Positions 53,730 through 62,053 of a DNA stretch of 64,000 nt are shown piece after piece. The notes under the pieces are model-generated. The model saw nothing but the letters and a program-made list of their open reading frames with translations. It made no database searches and was not told where the DNA came from. The position numbers were made by a program, and so were the translations under genes. How positions within the stretch are numbered: the first letter of the stretch is position 1; each line of letters starts with the position of its first letter. Origin of the DNA: Planctomycetota bacterium (GTDB lineage Bacteria; Planctomycetota; UBA1135; UBA2386); the NCBI GenBank assembly GCA_016794425.1, contig JAEUHR010000042.1, forward strand, positions 144,749 through 208,748, written 5' to 3'.

Positions 53730-54761
53730 ATGCCCTGGAGCAAATTCCGTCAGGACTACGCGGCGCCGACCGGCGGCCGCCCGCTCAGCTACTGCGCCGC
53801 GATCCGCGAAGCGATCGACCAGGCGATGCGGCACGACCCGCGCGTGTTCGCGATCGGCCTCGACGCCGACGACAAGTTCGGTGTGTTCGGTTCGATGGCG
53901 AACCTGACGCACCCCGAGCGCGTGCTCGGCACGCCGATCGCCGAGAACGCGATGACCGGCGTCGCGCTCGGCGCGGCGCTCAGCGGCTTGCGGCCGATCC
54001 ACGTGCACCTGCGCAACGACTTCCTGCTGGTGGCGATGGACCAGATCGTCAACTACGTCGCGAAGTGGCAGGACATGTTCGACCACCAGGTGCGCGTGCC
54101 GCTGGTGATCCGTTCGATCATCGGCCGCGGCTGGGGCTGCGGTGCGCAGCACTCGCAGTCGCTGCACGGCCTGTTCGCGCAGGTGCCGGGCCTCAAGGTC
54201 GTGATGCCGTCGACGCCGTACGACGTGAAGGGCCTGTTCCTGGCCGCGGTCGCCGACGATTCGCCGGTGTTGTTCCTCGAACACCGCTGGCTCTACAAGA
54301 ACACCGGCGACGTGCCGGAAGCGCTGTACACGCTGCCGTTCGGCCGCTGCGCGCGCCTGCACGAAGGCGAGAGCCTGACCGTCGTCGCGGCGTCGCTGGC
54401 GGCGGTGCACGCGCGGCTGGCCTGTGAGACGCACGGGCTCGACGTCGATCTGCTCGATCCGCGCACGATCAAGCCGCTCGACATCGACGGCATCGTCGCC
54501 TCGGTGCAGCGCACCGGGCGCCTGCTGGTGGTGGACCACGACTTCCCGTTCGGCGGCTTCGCGGCCGAGATCGTCGCGCAGGTCGCCGAACGCGCGCACG
54601 GCGCGCTGCGGCAGCCGCCGCAGCGGATCTGCTTCCCGGACCGCGGCATGCCGGCCAGCGGCGTGCTCGAACGCGCCTACTACCCGACGCCGGACCGGCT
54701 CGCGGCGGCGATGCAGGCGATGCTGGCCGGCGAACTCGTGGGAGGCGGCCATGGCTTCTGA
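53730..54761 (+). CDS. 2-oxoacid dehydrogenase E1 component, beta subunit-like (transketolase pyrimidine-binding and C-terminal domains)
   Basis: RVLGTPIAENAMTGVALGAALSG, GAQHSQS and PRTIKPLD are present. The start is ATG 53730, 2 nt after the alpha-subunit stop. Confidence 0.85.
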   Translation: MPWSKFRQDYAAPTGGRPLSYCAAIREAIDQAMRHDPRVFAIGLDADDKFGVFGSMANLTHPERVLGTPIAENAMTGVALGAALSGLRPIHVHLRNDFLLVAMDQIVNYVAKWQDMFDHQVRVPLVIRSIIGRGWGCGAQHSQSLHGLFAQVPGLKVVMPSTPYDVKGLFLAAVADDSPVLFLEHRWLYKNTGDVPEALYTLPFGRCARLHEGESLTVVAASLAAVHARLACETHGLDVDLLDPRTIKPLDIDGIVASVQRTGRLLVVDHDFPFGGFAAEIVAQVAERAHGALRQPPQRICFPDRGMPASGVLERAYYPTPDRLAAAMQAMLAGELVGGGHGF

Positions 54762-56295
54762 GGCCGGCGTCGACCTGCTGCTGGTGAACCCCGGCGGCCG
54801 CGGGCGGATCTACCAGAACCTCGGCACCGAACTGGCGGCCAAGGAGCCGCCGATCTGGGCCGGCCTGCTGGCGACGCACGCGCGGCGGCGGGGCCGGTCG
54901 GTCGCGATCCTCGACGCGAACGCGCTCGACCTGGCGCCGGCCGACGTCGCCCGCGAAGTCGAAGCACTGCGGCCGCGGCTCGTCGTCGTGACCGTCTACG
55001 GTCACAACCCGAACGCGTCGACGTTCGCGATGCCCGGCGCGACCGACATCTGCGACGCGCTGGCGACGGCCGTGCCCGAGGTGCCGGTGATGCTGCTCGG
55101 CGGCCATGTCGCGGCGCTGCCGGAACGCACGCTGCGCGAGGAGAACGTCGACTTCGTCTGCGGCGGCGAGGGCCCGATCACGATCGACGAACTGCTCGGC
55201 GCGCTGGCGGCCTCGCCGCAGCGCCCCGAGCTGCAGAAGGTTCGCGGCCTCTGGTGGTGGGACGGCGACACCGTCGTGCAGAACCCGCCGGCGCCGATCG
55301 TGCGCGACCTCGCCGGCGAGATGCCGGGCATGGCCTGGGACCTGCTGCCGATGGACCGCTACCGCGCGCACAACTGGCACTGCTTCGGCCGGCCGGACCG
55401 GGCGCCGTACGCGGCGCTCTACACGACGCTCGGCTGTCCGTTCACCTGCACGTTCTGCTGCATCCAGGCGCCGTTCAAGTCCGGCGAAGCCGCGGCCGGG
55501 CTCGACCCGACCAAGAACAGCTACCGGCGCTTCGATCCGCAGCACGTGGTCGCACAGATCGCGCGGCTGCACGCCGACCACGGCGTGCAGAACGTCAAGA
55601 TCGCCGACGAGCTGTTCCTGCTGCACAAGGACCACGTCGGTGCGATCTGCGACGGGCTGATCGAGCTCGGCGCGGACCTGAACCTGTGGGCCTATGCGCG
55701 CGTCGACACGTGCCGCGACGCGGCGCTGCTGGCCCGCATGCGGCAGGCCGGTGTGCGTTGGCTCGCGATCGGCATCGAGTCGGCCAGCGAGACCGTGCGT
55801 GCCGGCGTCGACAAGGGCTACCGCCCCGAAGCGATCGCGAAGGCGATCGGGCTCGTGCGCGAGGCCGGCATCCACGTGATGGGCAACTACATCTTCGGCC
55901 TGCCCGACGACGACCACGCGTCGATGCGGCTGACGCTCGACTTCGCGAAGGAGCTCAACACCGAGTTCGCGAACTTCTTCTCGGCGATGGCCTACCCGGG
56001 CTCGCAGCTGTACCGCGACGCGATCCGGCGCGGCTGGCCGCTGCCGGCCAGCTGGGCCGGCTACTCGCAGCACGCCCGCGACAGCCTGCCGCTGCCGACG
56101 CGCCACCTGACCGGCGCCGAGGTGCTGTCGTTCCGCGACGCGGCGTTCGTCGAGTACTTCGACCGCCCCGAGTACCGTGCGATGGTGCAGCGTACGTTCG
56201 GCCCGGCGACCGCGGCCGAGGTCGCGCGCATGGTCGCGCAGCCGCTGCCGCGCGTGCACACAGCGCCGCGGCCCGAGCCGGTCGGGGCGCGATGA
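54751..56295 (+). CDS. B12-binding-domain radical SAM protein (class B radical SAM)
   Basis: ATG 54751 overlaps the E1 beta gene by 11 nt. The N-terminal Rossmann-like B12-binding region (DLLLVNP...SVAILDAN) is followed by the radical SAM motif GCPFTCTFC. Confidence 0.85.
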   Translation: MASEAGVDLLLVNPGGRGRIYQNLGTELAAKEPPIWAGLLATHARRRGRSVAILDANALDLAPADVAREVEALRPRLVVVTVYGHNPNASTFAMPGATDICDALATAVPEVPVMLLGGHVAALPERTLREENVDFVCGGEGPITIDELLGALAASPQRPELQKVRGLWWWDGDTVVQNPPAPIVRDLAGEMPGMAWDLLPMDRYRAHNWHCFGRPDRAPYAALYTTLGCPFTCTFCCIQAPFKSGEAAAGLDPTKNSYRRFDPQHVVAQIARLHADHGVQNVKIADELFLLHKDHVGAICDGLIELGADLNLWAYARVDTCRDAALLARMRQAGVRWLAIGIESASETVRAGVDKGYRPEAIAKAIGLVREAGIHVMGNYIFGLPDDDHASMRLTLDFAKELNTEFANFFSAMAYPGSQLYRDAIRRGWPLPASWAGYSQHARDSLPLPTRHLTGAEVLSFRDAAFVEYFDRPEYRAMVQRTFGPATAAEVARMVAQPLPRVHTAPRPEPVGAR

Positions 56296-58823
56296 GCGAA
56301 CCCCTGCTGACCGCGATGGTCTCGACCTACGCCAGCGAGCGCTACCTCGCCGGCTGCCTCGACGACCTGCTGCAGCAGACGATCGCCGCGCGGATCGAGA
56401 TCGTCGTCGTCGACGCGGCATCGCCCGAGCGCGAGGGCGAGCTGGTGCGGGCCTACCAGCGGCACGCGCCGAACCTGCGCTACGTGCGCGCCGAGACCCG
56501 CGAGGGCACTTCGGCGGCGTTCCGCCGTGCGACCGCGCTGGCGCGCGGGCGCTACCTGACCACGGCGAACACCGACGACCGGCACCATCCGGAGTTCGCG
56601 GCGCGTATGGTCGAGGCGCTCGAACGGCACCCGGAGTTCGGGCTCTGCTATGCCGACTCGCTGATCACGCAGCGCGACAACGAGACCTGGCAGGTGCACA
56701 CGGCGCACAAGCGCTACGCGTGGCCGGACTACACGCCGGCGACCGCGCTGTCGTGCTGCCTGTTCGGCGCGCAGGCGGTCTGGCGGCGGTCCGTGCACAC
56801 GACGGTCGGCGACTGGGACGACGCGCATCCGTTCGCGAACGACCAGGACATGTTCCTGCGCATCGCGCGGCGGTTCGGGGCCGTGCACCTGCGGGCGCCG
56901 CTGGGCCTGTTCCTGCAGCGGCCGGACAGCCAGAGCGGCAGCGGCAACCGCCGCGCGACCCTGGCCGACGTGCTGGCCGTGCTGCGCAAGCACCGCTCGA
57001 GCTGGTCGCTCGACGAGGTGTTCCCGGCGCTGCAGCGCGACGACACGCCGGCCGCGCGCGCGGCAGCCTGGTTCGAACTCGGCAACCTGTGCGCACTGGG
57101 GCCGTACACGGACGCCGAGCTGGCGCTGCAGTGCTACGAGCGCGGTCTGCGCGAGCCGACCGACGGCGCCGCCGCCGCGCAGATCCGCGCGGCGTTCGCG
57201 AACAACACCGGCTGCGTGCTGGCGTGTGCCGGCGCGGCGCTGCCGGCGCAGCGCGCATTCGGGCTGTGCGACGACGTCGAACTGGTGGCCGACAACCGCG
57301 AGCGGCTGCAGCGGCGGCGGCAACGAGGGGGACTGCCGCGGCTCGACGAGCTGCGGTTCGCGCAACCGGAACACGCCGTCGTGCACGCGGCGCGCCGCGC
57401 CCGCGCGCTCGTGCTCGGCGACGACGGCGGCATGCGCTGGTCGGCGAGCCGCGCGCAGGTGCCGTGGAGCGCGTTCCCGGGCGCCGACGGCGTGCCGATC
57501 GCCCAGCCGGCCGAGCCCGCGCGGCGAGCGGCCGTGGTGGTGCCGCGGCCGGGGCCGCACGTGATGCTGGTCATGTACGGCTGGGCCGACAGCGGCGGTG
57601 GCACGATCCTGCCGCGCGCCGTGGCGCGGCAACTGGCTGCCGCGGGCCATCGCGTGTCGGTGGTGAGCGCGGCGGCGCGGCCGGACCCGGCGCTGCCGCC
57701 GTACGCGGTGCGGCGCGAACACGAGGACGGCGTCGACCTGTTCGCGATCGTCAACCGGCCGAGCGATTTCCTCGACCCGCAACACCCCGAGCGCGAGATC
57801 GACGATCCGGCGGTGCGGACGGCGTTCGCGGCGCTGCTCGACGAGCGGCGGCCGGATGTCGTGCACTTCTGGAACCTGCACAACCTCGGCCTCTCCCTGC
57901 CCGGCGAGTGCCGGCAGCGCGGTATCCCGACCGTGCTGTCGTCGAACAACTACTGGGCGCTGTGCCCACGCGCCTACCTGTTCGACGCGGCGCTGCGCCG
58001 CTGCGAGGGCGGCAGCGACGACGGCAAGAAGTGCGCACGCTGCGTCGGCACGCCGGCGGCCGCACCGGCGCACGCGGCACGCCGGCGCGCGGCGGTCCGC
58101 ATGCTGCGCGGTGACATCGACGTGCACCTGGCGGTGTCGCAGCGCGTGCGCGAGCTCTACGTGCAGAACGGCGACGAGCCGGGCCACGTGCGCGTGCTGC
58201 GGCAGGAGCCGCCCGAGGTCGCCGCGATCTGGCAGCGCACCGGCAGCCGGCGCGCGATCACCGCCGAACTGCGGCGGCCGCTGCGGGTCGGCTTCTTCGG
58301 CTCGGTGCTGCCGCACAAGGGCCTGCACGTGCTGGTGCAGGCGCTGCAGCTGCTGCCCGAGGTGCCGCTGGTCGCGGTCGCGCTCGGCGATGCCGACCCC
58401 GGCTACGCGGCGCGGCTCGCCGAACTGGACCGGTTGCGGCGGCTGCACCTGCATGGCCCGTATCCGCCGGCCGCGCTGCCGGAGCTGCTGGCGACCGTCG
58501 ACGTCGTCGTGGTGCCATCGGTGTGGGACGACTGCGCGCCGTACGTGGTCGCCGAGGCGCTCGCAGCGCGCTGTCCGGTGGTGGGCAGCGCGGCCGGCGG
58601 CATCCCGGACTTCGTACGGGCCGGGCACAACGGACTGCTGTTCCCGCCCGGCGACGCGGCGGCGCTGGCGGCGTGCCTGCGGTCGTTCGTGCAGGACCCG
58701 CGGCAGCTCGGCCGCATGCAGGCGGCGATCGAACCGCCGCGCGGCCTGCCGGCGTTCACGGCCGAACTGCTGGCCGTCTACCGCGAACTCGAACCGGCGG
58801 CCGGGCGCCTGCAGCCGGCCTGA
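56292..58823 (+). CDS. Two-domain glycosyltransferase: N-terminal GT2 (GT-A) plus C-terminal GT4/GT1-type (GT-B)
   Basis: The ATG overlaps the upstream stop (ATGA). The N-terminal is MVSTYASERYLAGCLDDLLQQT...VVVDAASPE...TANTDD. The C-terminal is VVVPSVWDDCAPYVVAEALAARCPVVGSAAGGIPDFV...GLLFPPGD. Confidence 0.8.
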   Translation: MSEPLLTAMVSTYASERYLAGCLDDLLQQTIAARIEIVVVDAASPEREGELVRAYQRHAPNLRYVRAETREGTSAAFRRATALARGRYLTTANTDDRHHPEFAARMVEALERHPEFGLCYADSLITQRDNETWQVHTAHKRYAWPDYTPATALSCCLFGAQAVWRRSVHTTVGDWDDAHPFANDQDMFLRIARRFGAVHLRAPLGLFLQRPDSQSGSGNRRATLADVLAVLRKHRSSWSLDEVFPALQRDDTPAARAAAWFELGNLCALGPYTDAELALQCYERGLREPTDGAAAAQIRAAFANNTGCVLACAGAALPAQRAFGLCDDVELVADNRERLQRRRQRGGLPRLDELRFAQPEHAVVHAARRARALVLGDDGGMRWSASRAQVPWSAFPGADGVPIAQPAEPARRAAVVVPRPGPHVMLVMYGWADSGGGTILPRAVARQLAAAGHRVSVVSAAARPDPALPPYAVRREHEDGVDLFAIVNRPSDFLDPQHPEREIDDPAVRTAFAALLDERRPDVVHFWNLHNLGLSLPGECRQRGIPTVLSSNNYWALCPRAYLFDAALRRCEGGSDDGKKCARCVGTPAAAPAHAARRRAAVRMLRGDIDVHLAVSQRVRELYVQNGDEPGHVRVLRQEPPEVAAIWQRTGSRRAITAELRRPLRVGFFGSVLPHKGLHVLVQALQLLPEVPLVAVALGDADPGYAARLAELDRLRRLHLHGPYPPAALPELLATVDVVVVPSVWDDCAPYVVAEALAARCPVVGSAAGGIPDFVRAGHNGLLFPPGDAAALAACLRSFVQDPRQLGRMQAAIEPPRGLPAFTAELLAVYRELEPAAGRLQPA

Positions 58824-59966
58824 TCAGAGGCAGCGCTGCAGGATCTCGAGGTCGCGGTCGTACGAATCGGCCGCCAGCGGGCCGAACGAGAACCGCGCCA
58901 GACCGCCGAGCGGGCCGCGGTCGCCGCGCCGCGCCATGTCGCACAGGCGGCCCGGCAGGATCGCCGCGTCGTGCCGCATCAGCCGTTCGTTGAGGCCGTC
59001 ACCGGTCAGGCCCTTCGGCAGCTGCAGCCAGTGGTAGAAGCCGCCGTCGCCGGTGAACAGCTCGAGGCCGAGGCGGCGCAGGCCTTCGCCGTAGCGGCGG
59101 CGCTGCGCGGTGTAGAACGCGGCGATCGCCTGGCGCGCCTGTGCGACGCGGTCGCGCTGCAGCAGCTGCGTCACGTAGAGCTGCGAGGCGCGCGACACGC
59201 CGCCCATCGCGAACGAGCTGTAGTTGCGGAACACGTCGATGTGGCGCTTGCTGGCGACGACCCAGCCGACGCGCATGCCCGGCACCTGCAGTCCCTTGGT
59301 CGCGGCGCCGACGACGAACAGGTTGGTGGCGTCGATGTCCTGCACGTAGCGCAGCGCGCTGACGGGCTCCGGCTCGCAGAAGAACTCGTAGGCCTCGTCG
59401 ATCAGCGCGCCGCGGTCGGGGCGGCTGTACGCGGCCACCAGCGCGCGCAGGGCATCGCCGTGCGTCGTGACGCCGGTGGGGTTGCACGGGTTGCTCTTGA
59501 CCAGGAACAGCTTGTCGCGGCGCGGGTGGTCGTCGAGGGTGGGCCGGAAGCGGTTGCCCGGATGGCTCGGGATCAGCGCGCTGGGCCGGCGCAGCACCTG
59601 CAGCAGGTCGTAGTACGGCGTGTACTCGGTCTCCTCGATCGCGACCGTGACGTCCTCGAGCAGGAAGGCCAGGATCGCGAAGATCGCCGGCCTGCCGCCC
59701 GCGAACACCGCGACGTGGTCGGCCGTGATCTTCGCGCCGTAGAAGTGCCGGTAGTACTCCGCGATCGCCTCGCGCAGCGGCGGCTGGCCGTCCGCCTTCG
59801 GGTACATGCGATCGGTGGCGCCGATCGCGATCGAGTCCGGCAGCGGCGGGCCGCCGGGCACCTGCGTCGTCAGCGGGAAACCCTGGGCCCACGGGTGCGT
59901 GCCCGGGTCGCCCATGTACTTGTGCGTGACCTCGGCGAAGCGGAACAGGGTCTCGTAGACCCCCAT
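58824..59966 (-). CDS. Class I/II PLP-dependent aminotransferase
   Basis: KSNPCNPTG and the Lys context GAATKGLQVPGMRVGW are present. I chose ATG 59966 (MGVYETLFRF); upstream GTG alternatives exist. Its stop abuts the GT stop with zero spacing (tgatca). Confidence 0.8.
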   Translation of the reverse strand: MGVYETLFRFAEVTHKYMGDPGTHPWAQGFPLTTQVPGGPPLPDSIAIGATDRMYPKADGQPPLREAIAEYYRHFYGAKITADHVAVFAGGRPAIFAILAFLLEDVTVAIEETEYTPYYDLLQVLRRPSALIPSHPGNRFRPTLDDHPRRDKLFLVKSNPCNPTGVTTHGDALRALVAAYSRPDRGALIDEAYEFFCEPEPVSALRYVQDIDATNLFVVGAATKGLQVPGMRVGWVVASKRHIDVFRNYSSFAMGGVSRASQLYVTQLLQRDRVAQARQAIAAFYTAQRRRYGEGLRRLGLELFTGDGGFYHWLQLPKGLTGDGLNERLMRHDAAILPGRLCDMARRGDRGPLGGLARFSFGPLAADSYDRDLEILQRCL

Positions 59967-60115
59967 CGGCGGGAACTGGCGCAGGAACACGGGCACGGAC
60001 CATACCCGGGGCCGCGGCCCGGCGTCACGTTCGCCCGGCCGGCCGGTTGCGTGCAGCAGCGAAGTCGGCGCGGCGGCCGGCGCGGGGGACCCGGCGATCT
60101 GGTAGCGTCGCACCG

Positions 60116-60343
60116 ATGACGAAGATCACCGTGCACGACCACGGCCCGCTGCGGATCGAGGGCGACGTGACTCTCTGTGATGCCACCGGCAAGCAGTTCG
60201 GCCTCGGTGGCCGCCAGGTGGTGTCGCTGTGCCGCTGCGGCCTGTCCGCGAACAAGCCGTTCTGCGACGGGCAGCACGCCCGCCAGGGTTTCCAGTCGAG
60301 TTGCCCGGCGCGCGACCTGCCGCCGCCGAAGCCGAAGGCCTGA
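60116..60343 (+). CDS. CDGSH-type iron-sulfur domain protein
   Basis: SLCRCGLSANKPFCDGQH is the CDGSH [2Fe-2S] signature. The protein is 75 aa. Confidence 0.8.
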   Translation: MTKITVHDHGPLRIEGDVTLCDATGKQFGLGGRQVVSLCRCGLSANKPFCDGQHARQGFQSSCPARDLPPPKPKA

Positions 60344-60393
60344 CGTTCTGCGCCCTCAAGCCGACGGCGCCGAGCCGCCGATAGGAAGGGCGG

Positions 60394-60915
60394 ATGCGCG
60401 TCTTCGAGACCGAACTGCAGGGCGTGCGGCGGATCGAGCCCGAGGTCTTCACCGACCACCGCGGCAGCTATGTCGAACTGTTCGACAGCGAGAAGTACCG
60501 CGCCGCGTGTGGTGGGGTCACGTTCGTGCAGGACGACATCTCGGTGTCGCACACGAACGTGCTGCGTGGCCTGCACGGCGACTGGCAGACCACGAAGCTG
60601 GTGTCGGTGCTCGCCGGCGAGGGCTACGCGCTGCTGGCCGACAACCGGCCCGATTCGCCGACCTACCGCCGCTGGCAGGCGTTCGTGCTGGACGGCACCA
60701 GCCGGCACCAGCTGCTGATTCCGCCCGGCATCGGCAACTCGGTCTACGTCGTGCAGGGGCCGCTGGTCTACTGGTACAAGCAGAACCAGCACTGGGCGCC
60801 CGGACGGCAGTTCACGATCCGCTGGGACGACCCGAGCTGGGGCTTCGAATGGCCGACGCGCGACCCGATCCTCTCGGCGCGCGACGCGAAGGGGGACTAT
60901 GTCACGGCGCCCTAG
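60394..60915 (+). CDS. RmlC-type cupin: nucleotide-4-keto-6-deoxy-sugar 3,5- (or 3-) epimerase
   Basis: FTDHRGSYVELF, VLRGLHG and LLIPPGIGNSVYV match the dTDP-4-dehydrorhamnose 3,5-epimerase family. Confidence 0.85.
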   Translation: MRVFETELQGVRRIEPEVFTDHRGSYVELFDSEKYRAACGGVTFVQDDISVSHTNVLRGLHGDWQTTKLVSVLAGEGYALLADNRPDSPTYRRWQAFVLDGTSRHQLLIPPGIGNSVYVVQGPLVYWYKQNQHWAPGRQFTIRWDDPSWGFEWPTRDPILSARDAKGDYVTAP

Positions 60916-61915
60916 TTGCCTGATCACGGGTTTCACGGGCATGGTGGGCAGCCACCTGGCCGACCACCTGCTCGAGCACACCGACTGGCAGCTCCACGGG
61001 CTGCTGCGCTGGAACGACGATCTCTCGAACGTCGACCACCTGCTGCCGCGCGTCAACAGCAAGGACCGCATCGGGCTCGTCTACGGCGACCTCAACGACC
61101 ACCCGTCGCTCGAGCGCGCGGTTGCTGCGACGCGGCCGGACTACGTGTTCCATCTGGCGGCGCAGAGCTACCCGCAGACCAGCTTCACGGCGCCGATCGA
61201 GACGCTGCAGACGAACATCCTCGGCACGGCGGGCCTGCTCGAGGCGATCCACCGTTCGGGTCTGCAGCCGGTCGTGCACGTCTGCGCGTCGTCGGAGGTG
61301 TTCGGCCGCGTGCCGAAGCGCTACCTGCCGATCGGCGAGGAGACGCCGTTCCATCCGGCCTCGCCGTACGCGATCAGCAAGGTCGGCACCGACCTGGTCG
61401 GGCGCTTCTACGCCGAGGCCTACGGGCTCTGCGTGATGACGACGCGCATGTTCACGCACACCGGACCGCGGCGCGGCGACGTGTTCGCCGAGTCGACGTT
61501 CGCGAAGCAGATCGCGCTGATCGAAGAGGGCCGCATCGAACCGGTGCTGCGCACCGGCAACCTCGACTCGATGCGCACCTGGTCCGACGTGCGCGACGCC
61601 GTGCGCGCCTACCACCTGCTGGTCACCGTGAACCCGGTGCCGGGCGCCTACTACAACATCGGCGGCGCCTACTCGTGCACGGTCGGCGACATGCTGCGGC
61701 ACCTGCTGTCGCTGTCGACCCGCGACGACATCGAGGTCGTGACCGACCCTGAGCGCCTGCGGCCGATCGACGCCGACCTGCAGGTTCCCGACACCACGAA
61801 GTTCCGCGCCCACACCGGCTGGGAGCCGCGGATCCCGTTCGAGCAGACGATGCAGGACCTGCTCGACTGGTGGCGCGACCGCGTGCGCAGCGGCCGCAAC
61901 TTCCTGGTGCGTTGA
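60899..61915 (+). CDS. GDP-mannose 4,6-dehydratase / Rmd-type extended SDR
   Basis: ITGFTGMVGSHL, ASSEVFG and SPYAISK (YxxxK) are present. It overlaps the epimerase gene by 17 nt. Confidence 0.8.
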   Translation: MSRRPSCLITGFTGMVGSHLADHLLEHTDWQLHGLLRWNDDLSNVDHLLPRVNSKDRIGLVYGDLNDHPSLERAVAATRPDYVFHLAAQSYPQTSFTAPIETLQTNILGTAGLLEAIHRSGLQPVVHVCASSEVFGRVPKRYLPIGEETPFHPASPYAISKVGTDLVGRFYAEAYGLCVMTTRMFTHTGPRRGDVFAESTFAKQIALIEEGRIEPVLRTGNLDSMRTWSDVRDAVRAYHLLVTVNPVPGAYYNIGGAYSCTVGDMLRHLLSLSTRDDIEVVTDPERLRPIDADLQVPDTTKFRAHTGWEPRIPFEQTMQDLLDWWRDRVRSGRNFLVR

Positions 61916-62053
61916 GCGCCGGCGCCGGGCTGGCTCAGAGCTGCGGCACCACGATCGTCTGCAGCCACGGCACCGCGCCGGTCACCCGATCGGTGACGGC
62001 CACGTCGCACGGGTGTCCCGATCGGCCGTGCTGTTGGGCGAGGGCCACGACCC

